A stretch of 64,000 nucleotides of DNA from an uncultured Candidatus Rokubacteria bacterium (GTDB lineage Bacteria > Methylomirabilota > Methylomirabilia > Rokubacteriales > CSP1-6). Shown here piece by piece: positions 32,544 to 42,858 of the stretch. The DNA lies in assembly GCA_963789955.1 (NCBI GenBank), contig CAWBMV010000022.1, forward strand, positions 64,001-128,000, given 5' to 3'. The stretch's first letter is position 1. Each line of letters begins with the position of its first letter. The position numbers and the translations under genes were made by a program. Below the pieces are notes generated by a model. It had not been told where the DNA came from, did no database searches, and saw only the letters and a program-made list of their open reading frames with translations.

Positions 32544-33335
32544 ATGGCCCAGGAGCTGCTGGAAGTCGTCAAGGATGGAGTCGCCGTGCTCACGCTCAAT
32601 CGTCCCGAACGGTTGAACGCCCTGTCGGGATCGATGCTCACCGCGATGCTCGAGGCGCTGCCGCGGCTCGCCGACGATCCGGAGGTCGGTGTGGTCGTCC
32701 TGACCGGCGCCGGCCGAGGGTTCTGCGCCGGCGGCGACGTGAAGGCGATGGCGGATGGCCGGGAGTTCACCGGGACCTTCGAGGAGAAGGCGCAGTCGCT
32801 CCGCGCGGCGATGGAGGTCTCGCGCTGGCTCCACGAGATGCCGAAGGTAACGATTGCGATGGTTCGAGGTGCGGCGGCCGGCGCGGGCCTTTCCCTGGCG
32901 CTGGCGTGCGACCTGCGGGTCGCCAGCGACACGGCGCGGTTCGCGAGTGCCTTCGCCCGCGTCGGCTACTCCGGGGATTTCGGCGGAAGCTGGTATCTCA
33001 CCCAGCTCGTCGGCACCGCCAAGGCGCGTGAGCTGTACTACACGGCCGATATCGTGGACGCTCAGCAGGCTCTGGCGCTCGGCATGGTCAACCGTGTCGT
33101 GCCCGATGCCCGGCTCGAGGAGGAGGCGCTGGCGCTGGCCGGACGACTGGCCCGGGGTCCGCGCGTCGCGTACCGCTACATGAAACGGAACTTCAACGCC
33201 GCCGAGAGCGGCACCCTCAAGGACTCGCTCGACCTCGAGGCCTGGCACCATACGCGATGCGGGATGACCGAGGACCATCGGGAAGCGGCCAAGGCCTTCG
33301 TCGAGAAGCGCGAGCCGGTCTTCAAGGGCCGCTGA
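32544..33335 (+). CDS. enoyl-CoA hydratase/isomerase family
   Basis: LNRPERLNAL, GRGFCAGGD, GAAAGAGLSLALACD, AFVEKREPVF. Confidence 0.93.
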   Translation: MAQELLEVVKDGVAVLTLNRPERLNALSGSMLTAMLEALPRLADDPEVGVVVLTGAGRGFCAGGDVKAMADGREFTGTFEEKAQSLRAAMEVSRWLHEMPKVTIAMVRGAAAGAGLSLALACDLRVASDTARFASAFARVGYSGDFGGSWYLTQLVGTAKARELYYTADIVDAQQALALGMVNRVVPDARLEEEALALAGRLARGPRVAYRYMKRNFNAAESGTLKDSLDLEAWHHTRCGMTEDHREAAKAFVEKREPVFKGR

Positions 33336-34000
33336 TGGCTTTCACCGGCGAGCTCTGGAAGTCGATCGAGCCCATCTACGCGGCGATCCTCCGTCATCCG
33401 TTCCTGCGCGGACTTACCGATGGATCCCTGCCGCGCGAGAGCTTCAAGTTCTACGCGGTCCAGGATGCGCTCTACCTGCGCGAGTTCGCGCGAGCGTTGT
33501 CGCTCGCCGGCGCCCGGGCGCCCCAGGACGACTGGATCATCATGTTCAACGAGCACGCCGCCGGCGCTCTGAAGGTCGAGCGCTCCTTGCACGAGAGCTT
33601 CTTCCAGGAGTTCGGGCTCACGTCCGAGGGAGTCGCCTCGACACCGCTGGCGCCGACCAACCTGGCCTACACCAGCTATCTGCTGGCCGTCGCGTACGGC
33701 TCGCCCTTTCACGAGGCGATCGCGGCGCTGCTGCCCTGCTACTGGATCTACTGGGAAGTCGGCAAGGAGCTGGAGCGCGTCGGCTCCGCCGACCCTCTCT
33801 ACAAGCGATGGATCGGCACCTATGCCTCCGAGGAGTTCGGGTCGGTCGTTCGCGCCGTACTTGCCGCGACCGATCAGGTGGCGGCGGGCCTGAAGCCGCC
33901 GGAGCGAGAAGCGATGCGCAGGCACTTCATCACGACCAGCCGCTACGAGTGGATGTTCTGGGACATGGGTTTGCGTCGCGAGGCGTGGCCCGGCTGGTGA
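33335..34000 (+). CDS. tenA: thiaminase II (TenA)
   Basis: HPF..L.DGSL, FYAVQDALYL, YTSYLL, LLPCYWIY, Y..WI..Y, YEWMFWD. Confidence 0.92.
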   Translation: MAFTGELWKSIEPIYAAILRHPFLRGLTDGSLPRESFKFYAVQDALYLREFARALSLAGARAPQDDWIIMFNEHAAGALKVERSLHESFFQEFGLTSEGVASTPLAPTNLAYTSYLLAVAYGSPFHEAIAALLPCYWIYWEVGKELERVGSADPLYKRWIGTYASEEFGSVVRAVLAATDQVAAGLKPPEREAMRRHFITTSRYEWMFWDMGLRREAWPGW

Positions 34001-34004
34001 ACGA

Positions 34005-34490
34005 GTGAGCATGCCCGAGGCATTCGACCGGGCGACCGAGATCTGGCGAGAGGCCTACCGCCACCAGATGCAGGGGGAGCTCGACCGGGCGATCGAGCTC
34101 TACCGGCGCTCGATCGACGTGTGCCCCACGGCCGAAGCTCACACCTTTCTCGGCTGGACCTATAGCTTCCAGGGGCGCCTCGACGAGGCGACCCAGGAAT
34201 GTATGAGAGCCATCGAGGTCGATCCAGACTTCGGAAACCCTTACAACGACATAGGGTGTTACCTGATGCAGCAGGGGAAGCTCGACGAAGCGGTGCCGTG
34301 GCTCGAGCGGGCGAAGCTGGCCAAGCGCTACGAACCCAGGCAATTCCCCTATATGAACCTCGCGCGGATCCATGTAAGACAGGGACGATGGTGGGACGCG
34401 TTGCGTGAGTTCGAAGGAGCCGTTCGTCTCGCGCCGGGCGACGCGGAGCTCCAGCGTGCGCTTCACTCACTTCGCGGTCGGCTGAACTGA
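34005..34490 (+). CDS. tetratricopeptide repeat protein
   Basis: AEAHTFLGW, DPDFGNPYNDIG, YMNLARI TPR units. Confidence 0.85.
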   Translation: MSMPEAFDRATEIWREAYRHQMQGELDRAIELYRRSIDVCPTAEAHTFLGWTYSFQGRLDEATQECMRAIEVDPDFGNPYNDIGCYLMQQGKLDEAVPWLERAKLAKRYEPRQFPYMNLARIHVRQGRWWDALREFEGAVRLAPGDAELQRALHSLRGRLN

Positions 34491-34660
34491 CGTGGCCGTC
34501 AGCCGGCTGACTCGGAAGTGTCCCGAAGCAGAACACACCGGACGCGCGATGTCGCCACTTATCCGCACAAACACTCGCGTCCCAAACATGGCGACCCGGT
34601 TGCATTGGTGTCGTCGCGAGCCCAACCACTACAGGTCTGGGCACCAATGAGGAGGCGGCT

Positions 34661-35344
34661 ATGCGACAGGCTGTGATGGTCGGGGTGGTGCTTCCTGCGG
34701 CGCTTCTGCTCGTCAGCGGCTGCGCCACCAAGAAGTGGGTGACCGAGTACGTCGGCAAGGAAAAGGGCGACATCAACTCCGGCGTCGACTCGAAGATGAG
34801 CGCCGAGAGCCAGCGCGTCGACCAGAAGGTCGACGGCGTCGACACCCGGCTGAAGACTGCCGAGGGCACGCTCACCCAGACGTCCGAGACGGCCAAGGGC
34901 GCGAAGGATCGGGCGGACAGCGCTTACACCAAGGCGGATAGCGCTTACACCAAGGCAGACGAGACGAACAGTCGGCTGACCCGGTTGTGGTCGAATCGCA
35001 ACACGCGCAGCCAGGCCGAGACCTATCAGGTCCTGTTCGGCTTCGACAAGTGGGACTTGAACGACGGCGCTCAGACCACGCTGGTCTCCATCATCAAGGA
35101 GATGAAGGAGAATCCCAATCTGACGGTCGATCTGCAGGGCTACGCCGACCCGGTCGGGACGTACCCCTACAATGTCGGACTGAGCCAGCGCCGCGTCGAG
35201 TCGGTCCGTCGCTTCCTGGTCGAGAAGGGGATCGAGCTTCCGAGGATCAACCTCATCGGGCTCGGACCCATCGCGGAGAAGGGGACGCCCAACGCTGAGA
35301 AGCGCAAGGTGACCGTGCGCTTGATGGTCAACAAGGAAGACTAG
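34661..35344 (+). CDS. OmpA-family lipoprotein with coiled-coil linker
   Basis: lipobox VSGC; FGFDK..L, GYAD..G...YN..LS.RR. Confidence 0.9.
   Translation: MRQAVMVGVVLPAALLLVSGCATKKWVTEYVGKEKGDINSGVDSKMSAESQRVDQKVDGVDTRLKTAEGTLTQTSETAKGAKDRADSAYTKADSAYTKADETNSRLTRLWSNRNTRSQAETYQVLFGFDKWDLNDGAQTTLVSIIKEMKENPNLTVDLQGYADPVGTYPYNVGLSQRRVESVRRFLVEKGIELPRINLIGLGPIAEKGTPNAEKRKVTVRLMVNKED
34912..34957 (+). repeat. 21-nt in-frame tandem duplication (ADSAYTK x2)
   Basis: gcggacagcgcttacaccaag / gcggatagcgcttacaccaag. Confidence 0.8.
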
Positions 35345-35356
35345 CCGTCTGAACCT

Positions 35357-35392
35357 CGGGGACGCGCCCGGATCGCACCGGGCGCGTCCCCG
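35357..35392. terminator. hairpin between convergent genes
   Basis: CGGGGACGCGCCCGG-6 nt-CCGGGCGCGTCCCCG, 15-bp stem. Confidence 0.7.
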
Positions 35393-35401
35393 CTTCCAAG
35401 C

Positions 35402-36277
35402 TCACGTTCGTCGAACGAAGGCCGCGAGCGCGCGGCCGATCTCGTCCGGCGAATCCTCCTGTACGAAGTGGCTGCCCCTCACCGTGACCTCCTGCTGATT
35501 GGGCCACCTCCGGCAAAAGTCCCGCTGGGCGCCCACGAGGATCGATCCAGGATCCGCGTTGATGAAGAGCTTTGGAATCGGGCTCTTCGAGAGCCAGTCG
35601 CCGTACTCCTGAACGATGCGGACGACGTCCGCGGGCTCGCCGTCTACCGGGATCTCGCGTGGCCAGGTGAGGGTGGGGCGTCGTGACTCGCCGGCCTCTC
35701 GATACGGAGTCCGGTAGCGCTCCATCTCCTCGGCGGTGAGGCCGCGGATGACGCTCGCCGGAAGGATCCGCTCGACGAACACATTCTTCTGCAGGACCAT
35801 CTCCTCGCCGCCCGGCGAGCGCATGCCCTGGAAGACCTTGCGCGCCGCCTCCGGCCACTCCTGCCAGGTCACAGGCCGCACGATCGCTTCCATGTACGCG
35901 ACGCCCTTCAGGCGCTCTGGATGACGCCGGGCCCAGTGAAAACCGAGCGCCGAACCCCAGTCGTGCACGACGAGTACGACGTTTCGCGAAAGCCCTAGCG
36001 CTTCGAACCAGGCGTCGAGATACCGCGCGTGATCGACGAACCGATAGGTTCCGCTCGGGGATTTGCCGGAGTCACCCATGCCGACCAGGTCGGGGGCCAG
36101 GCAGCGGGACTGTCCGGCGACATGAGGAATGACGTTGCGCCAGAGATACGAGGAGGTCGGGTTGCCGTGCAGAAAGACGATCGGGTCGCCGGCGCCGGTG
36201 TCGACGTAGGCCATCTCGGTATCCAGGACTCGGACACGCTTGCGGAGGTACGGATCGGCGGCAGAAAGGGGACTCAT
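35402..36277 (-). CDS. haloalkane dehalogenase
   Basis: [43 protein letters not shown]. Confidence 0.92.
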   Translation of the reverse strand: MSPLSAADPYLRKRVRVLDTEMAYVDTGAGDPIVFLHGNPTSSYLWRNVIPHVAGQSRCLAPDLVGMGDSGKSPSGTYRFVDHARYLDAWFEALGLSRNVVLVVHDWGSALGFHWARRHPERLKGVAYMEAIVRPVTWQEWPEAARKVFQGMRSPGGEEMVLQKNVFVERILPASVIRGLTAEEMERYRTPYREAGESRRPTLTWPREIPVDGEPADVVRIVQEYGDWLSKSPIPKLFINADPGSILVGAQRDFCRRWPNQQEVTVRGSHFVQEDSPDEIGRALAAFVRRT

Positions 36278-36431
36278 GCGGCCGATTGTAGCCGACCTGG
36301 ATCGACGCCGCGACGCGGGGTTAGCCGGCATCATCGCGAAGCGAGGCCGTTACCCGGGGATACGACATAATCGTTCGTGGGACGGTATTCGGGCTTCGCC
36401 CGGCCGTCTCGGCCAAGCCCGAAGGACGGAG

Positions 36432-37635
36432 ATGATCGGATCGCGATTCAGCCCTGAGACTCGCCGCGCCCTCCGCATCGACATCTCTGCGACACTCCTG
36501 TTCACGGTCTTCGCCGCGCTGACCGCTCCGTTCCTCGGTCTGATCCTGCGGCGCGACCTCGGCGCCACCCCACTGCAGCTCGCCGTGATGTCCTCGGCGT
36601 GCGGCGCATGCCTGCTCTTGTCGCTGTTGTGGGCGCGGGTGTCCCATGGGCGGCCGCCGCTGCCGTATCTGGTCTGGCCGGCGTTCGTGGCGCGCGGTGT
36701 CTTTCTCCTGGTGCCGTTCGTGAGCTCGGCGTGGTCGTTCGTCGGCCTCGTGATCGCCAGGGATTTCTTCGGCGCCGCCGTGGCGCCGGCACAGGCCGCG
36801 GTCGTCGAGCGAGTCTATCCGCGCGCTCAGCGTGCCCGCGCTCTCGGCCTGGTCCGCATGGCGGGCGCAGTGCTGGGGATCGGGCTTGCCCTGCCCGCGG
36901 GCCAGCTCTTCGATCGAGTCGGCTACCGCTGGATCTTCGTCGCAGCGGCCCTTCTGGGCATGGCCGCGAGCCTCCGTCTGCGGCGGCTCGCCGTGCCCGA
37001 GCCTGAGACCGTCGGAGGCGAGGCTCCGGCGGGCCTCCGCGATGCCTGGGAGACGGTGCGCGACGATCACGCCTTTCGCCGGCTCCTGGTCGCGTCGTTT
37101 CTGTTCGGCTTCGGCTGCTGGATCCAGACGCCCGCGCATCCGCTCTTACTCGTCGACGTGCTCCAGGTGAGCGCGTCACAGGTCGGTGTGTTCGCTGCGG
37201 TGGCCGCGGTCGCGACCTTGGCGGGCAGCGCCTATTGGGGCTGGCTGGTCGACCGGAAGTCGAGCCTCGAGGCGCTGCGCGTGATGTACCTGGTCGGCGC
37301 GACGACGCCTCTCATCTATTACCTCGCCTGGAGCCCCTGGGTGCTGCGTCGCGAGCGCGGTCACGGACTCGCTGGTGTCCGTCGGGCTCGAGCTCGTCTG
37401 GATGTTGGCGGTGATCGACGTCGCGGGGCCTCAGCGCACGGCCCAGTACGTGGCCATCGGCGCGACGCTCGCCGGGGTGCGCGGCATCGCCGGACCGCTC
37501 GTCGGCGGGCTCGTGATCCATTCCTTCGGCATCCACGCGGTCTACCTCATCGCGTCGATCCTCACGTTTTCCGGGGCGTGGCTCATCGGCCGCGAGCTGC
37601 GGGTTCGCGTGCCGGCGCCGGTGCTCACGCCATGA
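36432..37635 (+). CDS. MFS transporter; frameshift ~37345
   Basis: multi-TM pattern, YPRAQRARALG, WGWLVDR; C-terminal helices in 37375-37635 frame. Confidence 0.8.
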
Positions 37636-37706
37636 GCCCTGCGGGCCGCCCCCAGCCGAGCCCGAGGTTTTTCGGTGTGATCCGCTCCGCACCGTATACT
37701 TCTGGC

Positions 37707-38324
37707 ATGGGCAGGATGCTGACGACCCTCACGGTCGCCCTGGTGCTGTTCGCCGCCTCGCCCGGGTGGGCCGGGCCCACCGATCAGCTCCGCGAGTACA
37801 CCGACCAGGTGACCAAGGTCCTCGACGACCCGTCGCTGCCGCGCCAGGATCGCCGCGCGGCCGTGCGAAAGATCGCGCACGAGGCGTTCGACATCTCCGA
37901 GTCGGCCCAGCGGGTCCTCGCGCGGCACTGGCAGGCGCGCACGCCGGCCGAGCGCGACGAGTTCACGCAGCTCTTCGCCGACCTGCTGGAGCGGACCTAT
38001 ATCGCACGGATGGACGAGTACGGCGGCGAGCGGATCCGATACACCGGCGAGACGGTCGACGGCAACTTCGCCTCGGTGCGGGCGCGCATCGTGACGAGGA
38101 GCGGTACCGAGGTCGCCGTGGAATCCCGCATGAACCTTCGCGGCGACCGCTGGCTGATCTACGACATCCTCATCGAGAACGTCAGCCTCGTGGCGAACTA
38201 TCGCTCGCAGTTCGACCGGATCATCCGATCGAGCTCCTACGAAGAGCTCGTGAAGCGGCTCAAGACCAAGCGCGACGAGTTTCTGAACGAGTCGGCCCCG
38301 CGCGCCCGTCGCTCCTCCGGGTAG
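37707..38324 (+). CDS. mlaC: MlaC/Ttg2D-family phospholipid-binding protein
   Basis: signal peptide; FD..AQRVLARHW..F..LLERTY; WLIYDILIENVSLVANYRSQF. Confidence 0.88.
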   Translation: MGRMLTTLTVALVLFAASPGWAGPTDQLREYTDQVTKVLDDPSLPRQDRRAAVRKIAHEAFDISESAQRVLARHWQARTPAERDEFTQLFADLLERTYIARMDEYGGERIRYTGETVDGNFASVRARIVTRSGTEVAVESRMNLRGDRWLIYDILIENVSLVANYRSQFDRIIRSSSYEELVKRLKTKRDEFLNESAPRARRSSG

Positions 38325-38379
38325 CTGTCTCTCCAGCCGGGTCGTTGACCCGCCGTCGCAATCTGTTAGATTTCAAAGC

Positions 38380-38694
38380 GTGACGACCCTTCCTGCCGCG
38401 ACCGTGCCGATCGAGATCGCCTCGTGGATCACGAAGTTCGTCGGCGGCGATGGCTCGGGCCGGCGCGTCGTCGACGAGCCGCTCGCCCCGGGCGCCACCG
38501 TCCGCAGCGTGCTGACGGGACTGTCGGCCAAGTTCCCCGAGCTCCACAAGGCCCTCTGGCACGGCAAAGACCTGGGCGAGCACATCGAGGTCCTCGTCAA
38601 CGACGCGGTGCTCGGCATCGAGCACGATCTCGACTCTCCGCTGCGCCCGGGAGATCGGATCACGCTCCTCGCCCAGTTCATGGGCGGGGCCTAG
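38380..38694 (+). CDS. MoaD/ThiS-family sulfur-carrier-like protein (ends GGA)
   Basis: VLVND..LDSPL..GDRITLL.FMGGA. Confidence 0.8.
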   Translation: MTTLPAATVPIEIASWITKFVGGDGSGRRVVDEPLAPGATVRSVLTGLSAKFPELHKALWHGKDLGEHIEVLVNDAVLGIEHDLDSPLRPGDRITLLAQFMGGA

Positions 38695-38716
38695 CACCCA
38701 CCTTCGGCTCCGGTCG

Positions 38717-39001
38717 ATGGCGAGCTACCAGATCATCGCCTGGAAGGACGTGCCGGCGATGGTCGAGGCCTCCGACGGCGCCGAGACCGTCACCCGCCAG
38801 CTGAGCGACCGCTTCCAGCAGCTCATCGACTCGGTGGCGATGCGGCTCGGGCTCCAGGATCAGGACGCGTATCTCGACCTGTGGGCCCGCGGGGCCGTGC
38901 AGGAGCGGTCGGGGAGCGCGACGGAGGTCGCCGACGCGGTCGTCGCCGAGCTCGAGGCACGCTTCCCCGAGTTCATCTCGCAAGCGTTCAATCGGCCGTG
39001 A
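38717..39001 (+). CDS. Virulence_fact-family small protein
   Basis: WKDVPAMV..LSDRFQQLIDSVAM..DAYL..W. Confidence 0.75.
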   Translation: MASYQIIAWKDVPAMVEASDGAETVTRQLSDRFQQLIDSVAMRLGLQDQDAYLDLWARGAVQERSGSATEVADAVVAELEARFPEFISQAFNRP

Positions 39002-40236
39002 GACCCGACGGCTGGCTGCTCGCCGTCTGCCTTGCGCGGACCTGCATGACGTCGGTGTTCATGACCTACGCAGCGGTCGTCCCGGTGTTGAGGACTCAAT
39101 GGGGGATGTCGGCGACCGCCGCCGGATCCGTCTCGACCGGCTTTCAGCTCGGCTACGCGGTCGCGCTCGTCGCGTTTTCGGCGATGGCCGACCGGGTCGG
39201 CGCACGCCGTGTTTTCATCGGGTCGGCGTGGCTCAGCGCGGTCACCGCGATCGCGTTCGGCCTCTGGGCCCGCTCCTACACGACCGGCCTCGTGCTCTAC
39301 ACGCTCATGGCGCTCTCTCAGGGCGGGACGTACACGACGGCGATCATGCTGATCGCGGACCGGTACCCGGTCGAGCGGCGCGGCGCCGCGGTCGGCTGGC
39401 TGATCGCCAGCTCGTCGGCGGGCTATGCGCTCTCCCTCCTGCTCGCGGCGCCATCGCTGGCCTGGGGCGGCTACGAAACGGCGTTTCTGGTGAGCGCGTG
39501 CGGCCCGGTCGTCGGCGTCGTCGTGCTCTGGTTCGCGCTCCGGACCACGCCCAACACCATCCATCCGCCGCATGCCGGTGCCCGCTTCGGCTCGGCCGTG
39601 CTGAAGAACCGCCCGGCGATGCGGCTGATCTTCGGGTACACCTTCCATTCCTGGGAGCTCCTGGGCATGTGGGCGTGGACGCCGGCGTTCATCGCCGCGG
39701 TCTTCGCCGCGACCGGCGCCGGCATGATTCGCGCGGTCGAGCTGGCCGGCTACCTTTCGGCCGCCTTCCATCTGACCGGGCTCGTCGCCTCGTCCTCGAT
39801 GGGTCGACTGTCCGACAGGCTCGGGCGCCGCGTCGTGCTGTTCGCGCTCGCGTCCATCAGCGCGGTGTGCTCGCTGGTGTTCGGCTGGCTGATCGCGGCG
39901 CCCGTCGCGATCGTCTTCGCGGTCGGCGCGCTCTACGGATTTACCGCGCTCGGGGACTCGCCCGTGCTGTCGACCGCGCTCACCGAAGCGGTGGGCGCGT
40001 CCCATCTCGGGGCGGCCCTGGCGCTTCGCTCGTTTCTGGGCTTCGGAGCCGGTGCCGTCGCACCGATCGTGTTCGGCCGGATCCTCGACCTGACGAACGC
40101 GCCGGGACCGTCGCCGGCAACATGGGGCTGGGCCTTCGTGGCGCTCGGGGGCGGCGGGCTCCTGGCGGCGTATTGCGCGTGGGGGCTGGCTCCAGATCGG
40201 CTCAGGGTCGTGCGCGCGAAGGCGCCGTCGTTGTAA
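38998..40236 (+). CDS. MFS transporter
   Basis: ADRVGARR, GYTFHSWELLGMWAW, GRLSDRLGRR. Confidence 0.9.
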   Translation: MRPDGWLLAVCLARTCMTSVFMTYAAVVPVLRTQWGMSATAAGSVSTGFQLGYAVALVAFSAMADRVGARRVFIGSAWLSAVTAIAFGLWARSYTTGLVLYTLMALSQGGTYTTAIMLIADRYPVERRGAAVGWLIASSSAGYALSLLLAAPSLAWGGYETAFLVSACGPVVGVVVLWFALRTTPNTIHPPHAGARFGSAVLKNRPAMRLIFGYTFHSWELLGMWAWTPAFIAAVFAATGAGMIRAVELAGYLSAAFHLTGLVASSSMGRLSDRLGRRVVLFALASISAVCSLVFGWLIAAPVAIVFAVGALYGFTALGDSPVLSTALTEAVGASHLGAALALRSFLGFGAGAVAPIVFGRILDLTNAPGPSPATWGWAFVALGGGGLLAAYCAWGLAPDRLRVVRAKAPSL

Positions 40237-40246
40237 TAAGCTAGCC

Positions 40247-41197
40247 GTGAGACGAGCATGCCGAGAGCCGATCTCGATCAAGCTGATCGAAGACACGGCG
40301 CGCGAGCTGACGGCGCGCGCCGCCATCGACATCCCCGCCGACTATCGCGAAGGTGTCCGGCGGGCCCGCGATCGCGAGCAGAACCGCATCGCCCGCTTCG
40401 TGCTCACCGAGATGGACCACAACTGGGACATCGCGACGGAAGAGCGCCGTCCGATGTGCGCCGACACCGGGCTCCCGCGCTACTACGTCCGTGCCGGAAA
40501 CGACGCGCTCGTCGAGGGCGGATTCGTGGCGCTCGAGCGCGCGCTCCGTCGAGCGACCGCCGACGCGACGGCGTCGATTCCGCTGCGGCCCAACCGCGTC
40601 CATCCGCTGACCCGTGTGGATCACGACAACAACGTCGGCATTCATGCTCCCGAGGTCACCTACGCCTTCGAGCCCGGCGGCGACTGGATCGACATCACCA
40701 CGGTGCACAAGGGCGGGCTCTTCGGCAGCGACTATCGCATGCTGTTCCCGGCCGACGGCATCGGGGGCATCAAGCGATTCTTCGTCGACACGCTCGTGCA
40801 GTTCGGCAAGCGCGGCCTGGCGTGCCAGCCCGCGATCGTCGGCCTCGGCATCGGCGGATCGAAAGACACCTGCGTACGGCTCGGGAAGGAAGCGGCGTGC
40901 CTGCGCACGGTCGGCAGCCGGAACCCGGATCCGGCGATCGCGGCGCTCGAGGACGAGCTGACCGCGCTCGGCAACTATATCGGTATCGGCGCGATGGGAT
41001 TCGCCGGCACCTCGCTCGTCGTCGCGACGCACGTCGAGGTGGCCTTCTCGCACACCGGCGGCATGCCGGTCGGGCTCCACAGCTTCTGTCTGTCCTCGCG
41101 ACGGGCGACGGCCCGCATCCATCCCGACGGGCGGGTCGAGTTTCGCGCGGACCCGATGTGGTTCACCGACTACTACCGGCGCGAGGGAATCGAGTGA
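40247..41197 (+). CDS. Fe-S hydro-lyase, fumarate hydratase/tartrate dehydratase alpha subunit family
   Basis: RPMCADTG, PLRPNRVHP, ACQPAIVGLGIGG, GIGAMGF.G, FCLSSRR. Confidence 0.88.
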   Translation: MRRACREPISIKLIEDTARELTARAAIDIPADYREGVRRARDREQNRIARFVLTEMDHNWDIATEERRPMCADTGLPRYYVRAGNDALVEGGFVALERALRRATADATASIPLRPNRVHPLTRVDHDNNVGIHAPEVTYAFEPGGDWIDITTVHKGGLFGSDYRMLFPADGIGGIKRFFVDTLVQFGKRGLACQPAIVGLGIGGSKDTCVRLGKEAACLRTVGSRNPDPAIAALEDELTALGNYIGIGAMGFAGTSLVVATHVEVAFSHTGGMPVGLHSFCLSSRRATARIHPDGRVEFRADPMWFTDYYRREGIE

Positions 41198-41889
41198 CGG
41201 CGCCGGCGATCGAACGGCTTGGCGACGTCAGGATGGACGAGGTCCGGCTGACGACGCCCGTGACCGACGCCGACCTGGCCGGCCTGAAGCTCGGTGACGT
41301 CGTGTACCTCGACGGCGTGCTCTACACGGCGCGCGAGGGCGTCTACCGGCGTGTCGTCGACGAGGGCGTCGATCTGCCCGCGGGCGTGCGCGCGCTGACC
41401 AACGTCAACTTCCATTGCTCGCCCGCCGCCACGGTGCGGCCCGACGGGACGTATGCGGTCGAGGCGGTCACCGCGACGGCGAGCTTTCGCTTCGGCAAGT
41501 CGATGAGCCGCTGGTTCGAGCGCTCGGGCGCCAAGCTGATCGTGGGCAAGGCCGGTCTCACCGAGACCGCATACCGCGAATGGTTCGTGCCCCACGGCGC
41601 CGTGTATCTGACCACCGTCGGCTACGGCCTGGGCGCGGCGTATGGGCGCGCGATCAAGCGCGTCGTCGACGTGCACTGGCTCGAGCTCGGCATCGCCCAG
41701 GCTCTCTGGGTGCTCGAGGTCGAGAGGCTCGGGCCCTTTCTGGTCGAGGGCGATCGTCAAGGGCGAAGCCTGTTTGCCCTGGCGAATCGCGAGATCAATC
41801 TCCGGCTGGACGAGGTCTATCGGGGACTCCCGCCGTTCTCGATGGGTCGCTTCGGCGAGACCACCGCCCGCAAAGACGAGGTCGTCTAA
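41194..41889 (+). CDS. Fe-S hydro-lyase beta subunit
   Basis: LTTP..L..GDVVYLDG.LYTAR, FHCSP, TASFR, IVGKAG, GPFLV..D..G.SL; GTGA overlap. Confidence 0.88.
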   Translation: MTAPAIERLGDVRMDEVRLTTPVTDADLAGLKLGDVVYLDGVLYTAREGVYRRVVDEGVDLPAGVRALTNVNFHCSPAATVRPDGTYAVEAVTATASFRFGKSMSRWFERSGAKLIVGKAGLTETAYREWFVPHGAVYLTTVGYGLGAAYGRAIKRVVDVHWLELGIAQALWVLEVERLGPFLVEGDRQGRSLFALANREINLRLDEVYRGLPPFSMGRFGETTARKDEVV

Positions 41890-42026
41890 CCCGTCCCGCT
41901 CAGGCGCCCGCCTCGGCAGCCCGCAGCCGAGCGCCGGCCCCGAAGATTTGACACCGTTGTGACGATTGCGGCTTCGGGCCCCGCCATACTTCCCGTAGCA
42001 GTCGACATTCCATCCGTTCAAGGAGG

Positions 42027-42323
42027 ATGCACATGCTGAAGCGGGCAGGGGGGCTGGGGCGCGCGGTCGTGGTCGCGGTGGTCGGCATCGTGTTCGGGCT
42101 CGGCGGAGTTGTCGGCGAGTCGTTCGCGCAGAGCGACATGAAGAAAGACGACAAGATGAAGATGGACGACAAGATGAAGACCGGCGACACGATGAGGTCG
42201 AGCGACGCGATGAAGTCGGGCGACAGATGAAGTCGAGCGACACGATGATGAAGGGTGAGAAGGAGATGAAGGAAGGACGATAAGATGATGCAGGGCGACA
42301 AGACCATGGAGAAGAAGCAGTAG
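42027..42323 (+). CDS. exported methionine-rich MXKDX-repeat-like protein; frameshifted ~42225-42280
   Basis: AGGAGG SD, signal peptide ..SFA/QS, repeats MKKDDK MKMDDK MKTGDT MRSSDA MKSGD. MKSSDT ..MEKKQ*. Confidence 0.8.
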
Positions 42324-42325
42324 CC

Positions 42326-42850
42326 GTGGTATGGCGGGCGTCCCTCGTCGTCGTGGCGCTGGCGGCGTCGTGGCTCGTGTGGGAGTCGGCGGCCGGCCAG
42401 ACCTCGCGTCTCGGTGCGCCGGCCCCGGACGTGGCGGGAGAGCGCTGGATCAACAGCGCGCCCTTGACCACGTCGGGCCTGCGCGGCCGGGTCGTGCTGG
42501 TCGAGTTCTGGACCTTCGGCTGAATCAACTGCAAGAACGTGATCCCGCAGTTGCGGGGCTGGTTCGAGCGCTACGAGAAGGACGGATTCACGATCGTCGG
42601 AGTCCACACCCCGGAATTCTTCTGGGAGAAGCCGTATGGGAGCGTCGTGGACGCCACGAAGAAGCTCGGGGTCCGTTATCCGGTCGTGCAGGACAACGAG
42701 CAAGCGATCTGGAAGCGCTGGGGCATCTGGGCCTGGCCGACGACGGTCCTGATGGATCGCAAGGGCATCGTTCGCTATCAGCACATCGGCGAGGGCGACT
42801 ACGAGCAGACCGAAGCCATGATCCGGCGACTGCTGGCGGAGCGGGAGTAG
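42326..42850 (+). CDS. exported redoxin (TlpA/DipZ-like), probable selenoprotein (UxxC)
   Basis: two ORF-track pieces are one frame joined by TGA 42521-42523: VEFWTFG-U-INCKNVIP..GVHTPEF..WAWPT..D..G.VR..HIGEG.Y. Confidence 0.85.
42543..42558 (+). other. candidate bacterial SECIS hairpin
   Basis: TCCCGC-AGTT-GCGGGG; apical loop with G followed by U about 25 nt 3' of the UGA. Confidence 0.55.
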
Positions 42851-42858
42851 CCGCCGGA

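Noticed and set aside
36240..38324. Apparent MFS-MlaC fusion (694 aa)
   Set aside because: Artefact of the ~37345 frameshift; the MFS C-terminus is in another frame ending at 37635
42130..42323. GATGAAG-type repeats as CRISPR or non-coding repeat
   Set aside because: 18-nt period explained by the Met/Lys/Asp protein repeat; no spacers or cas genes
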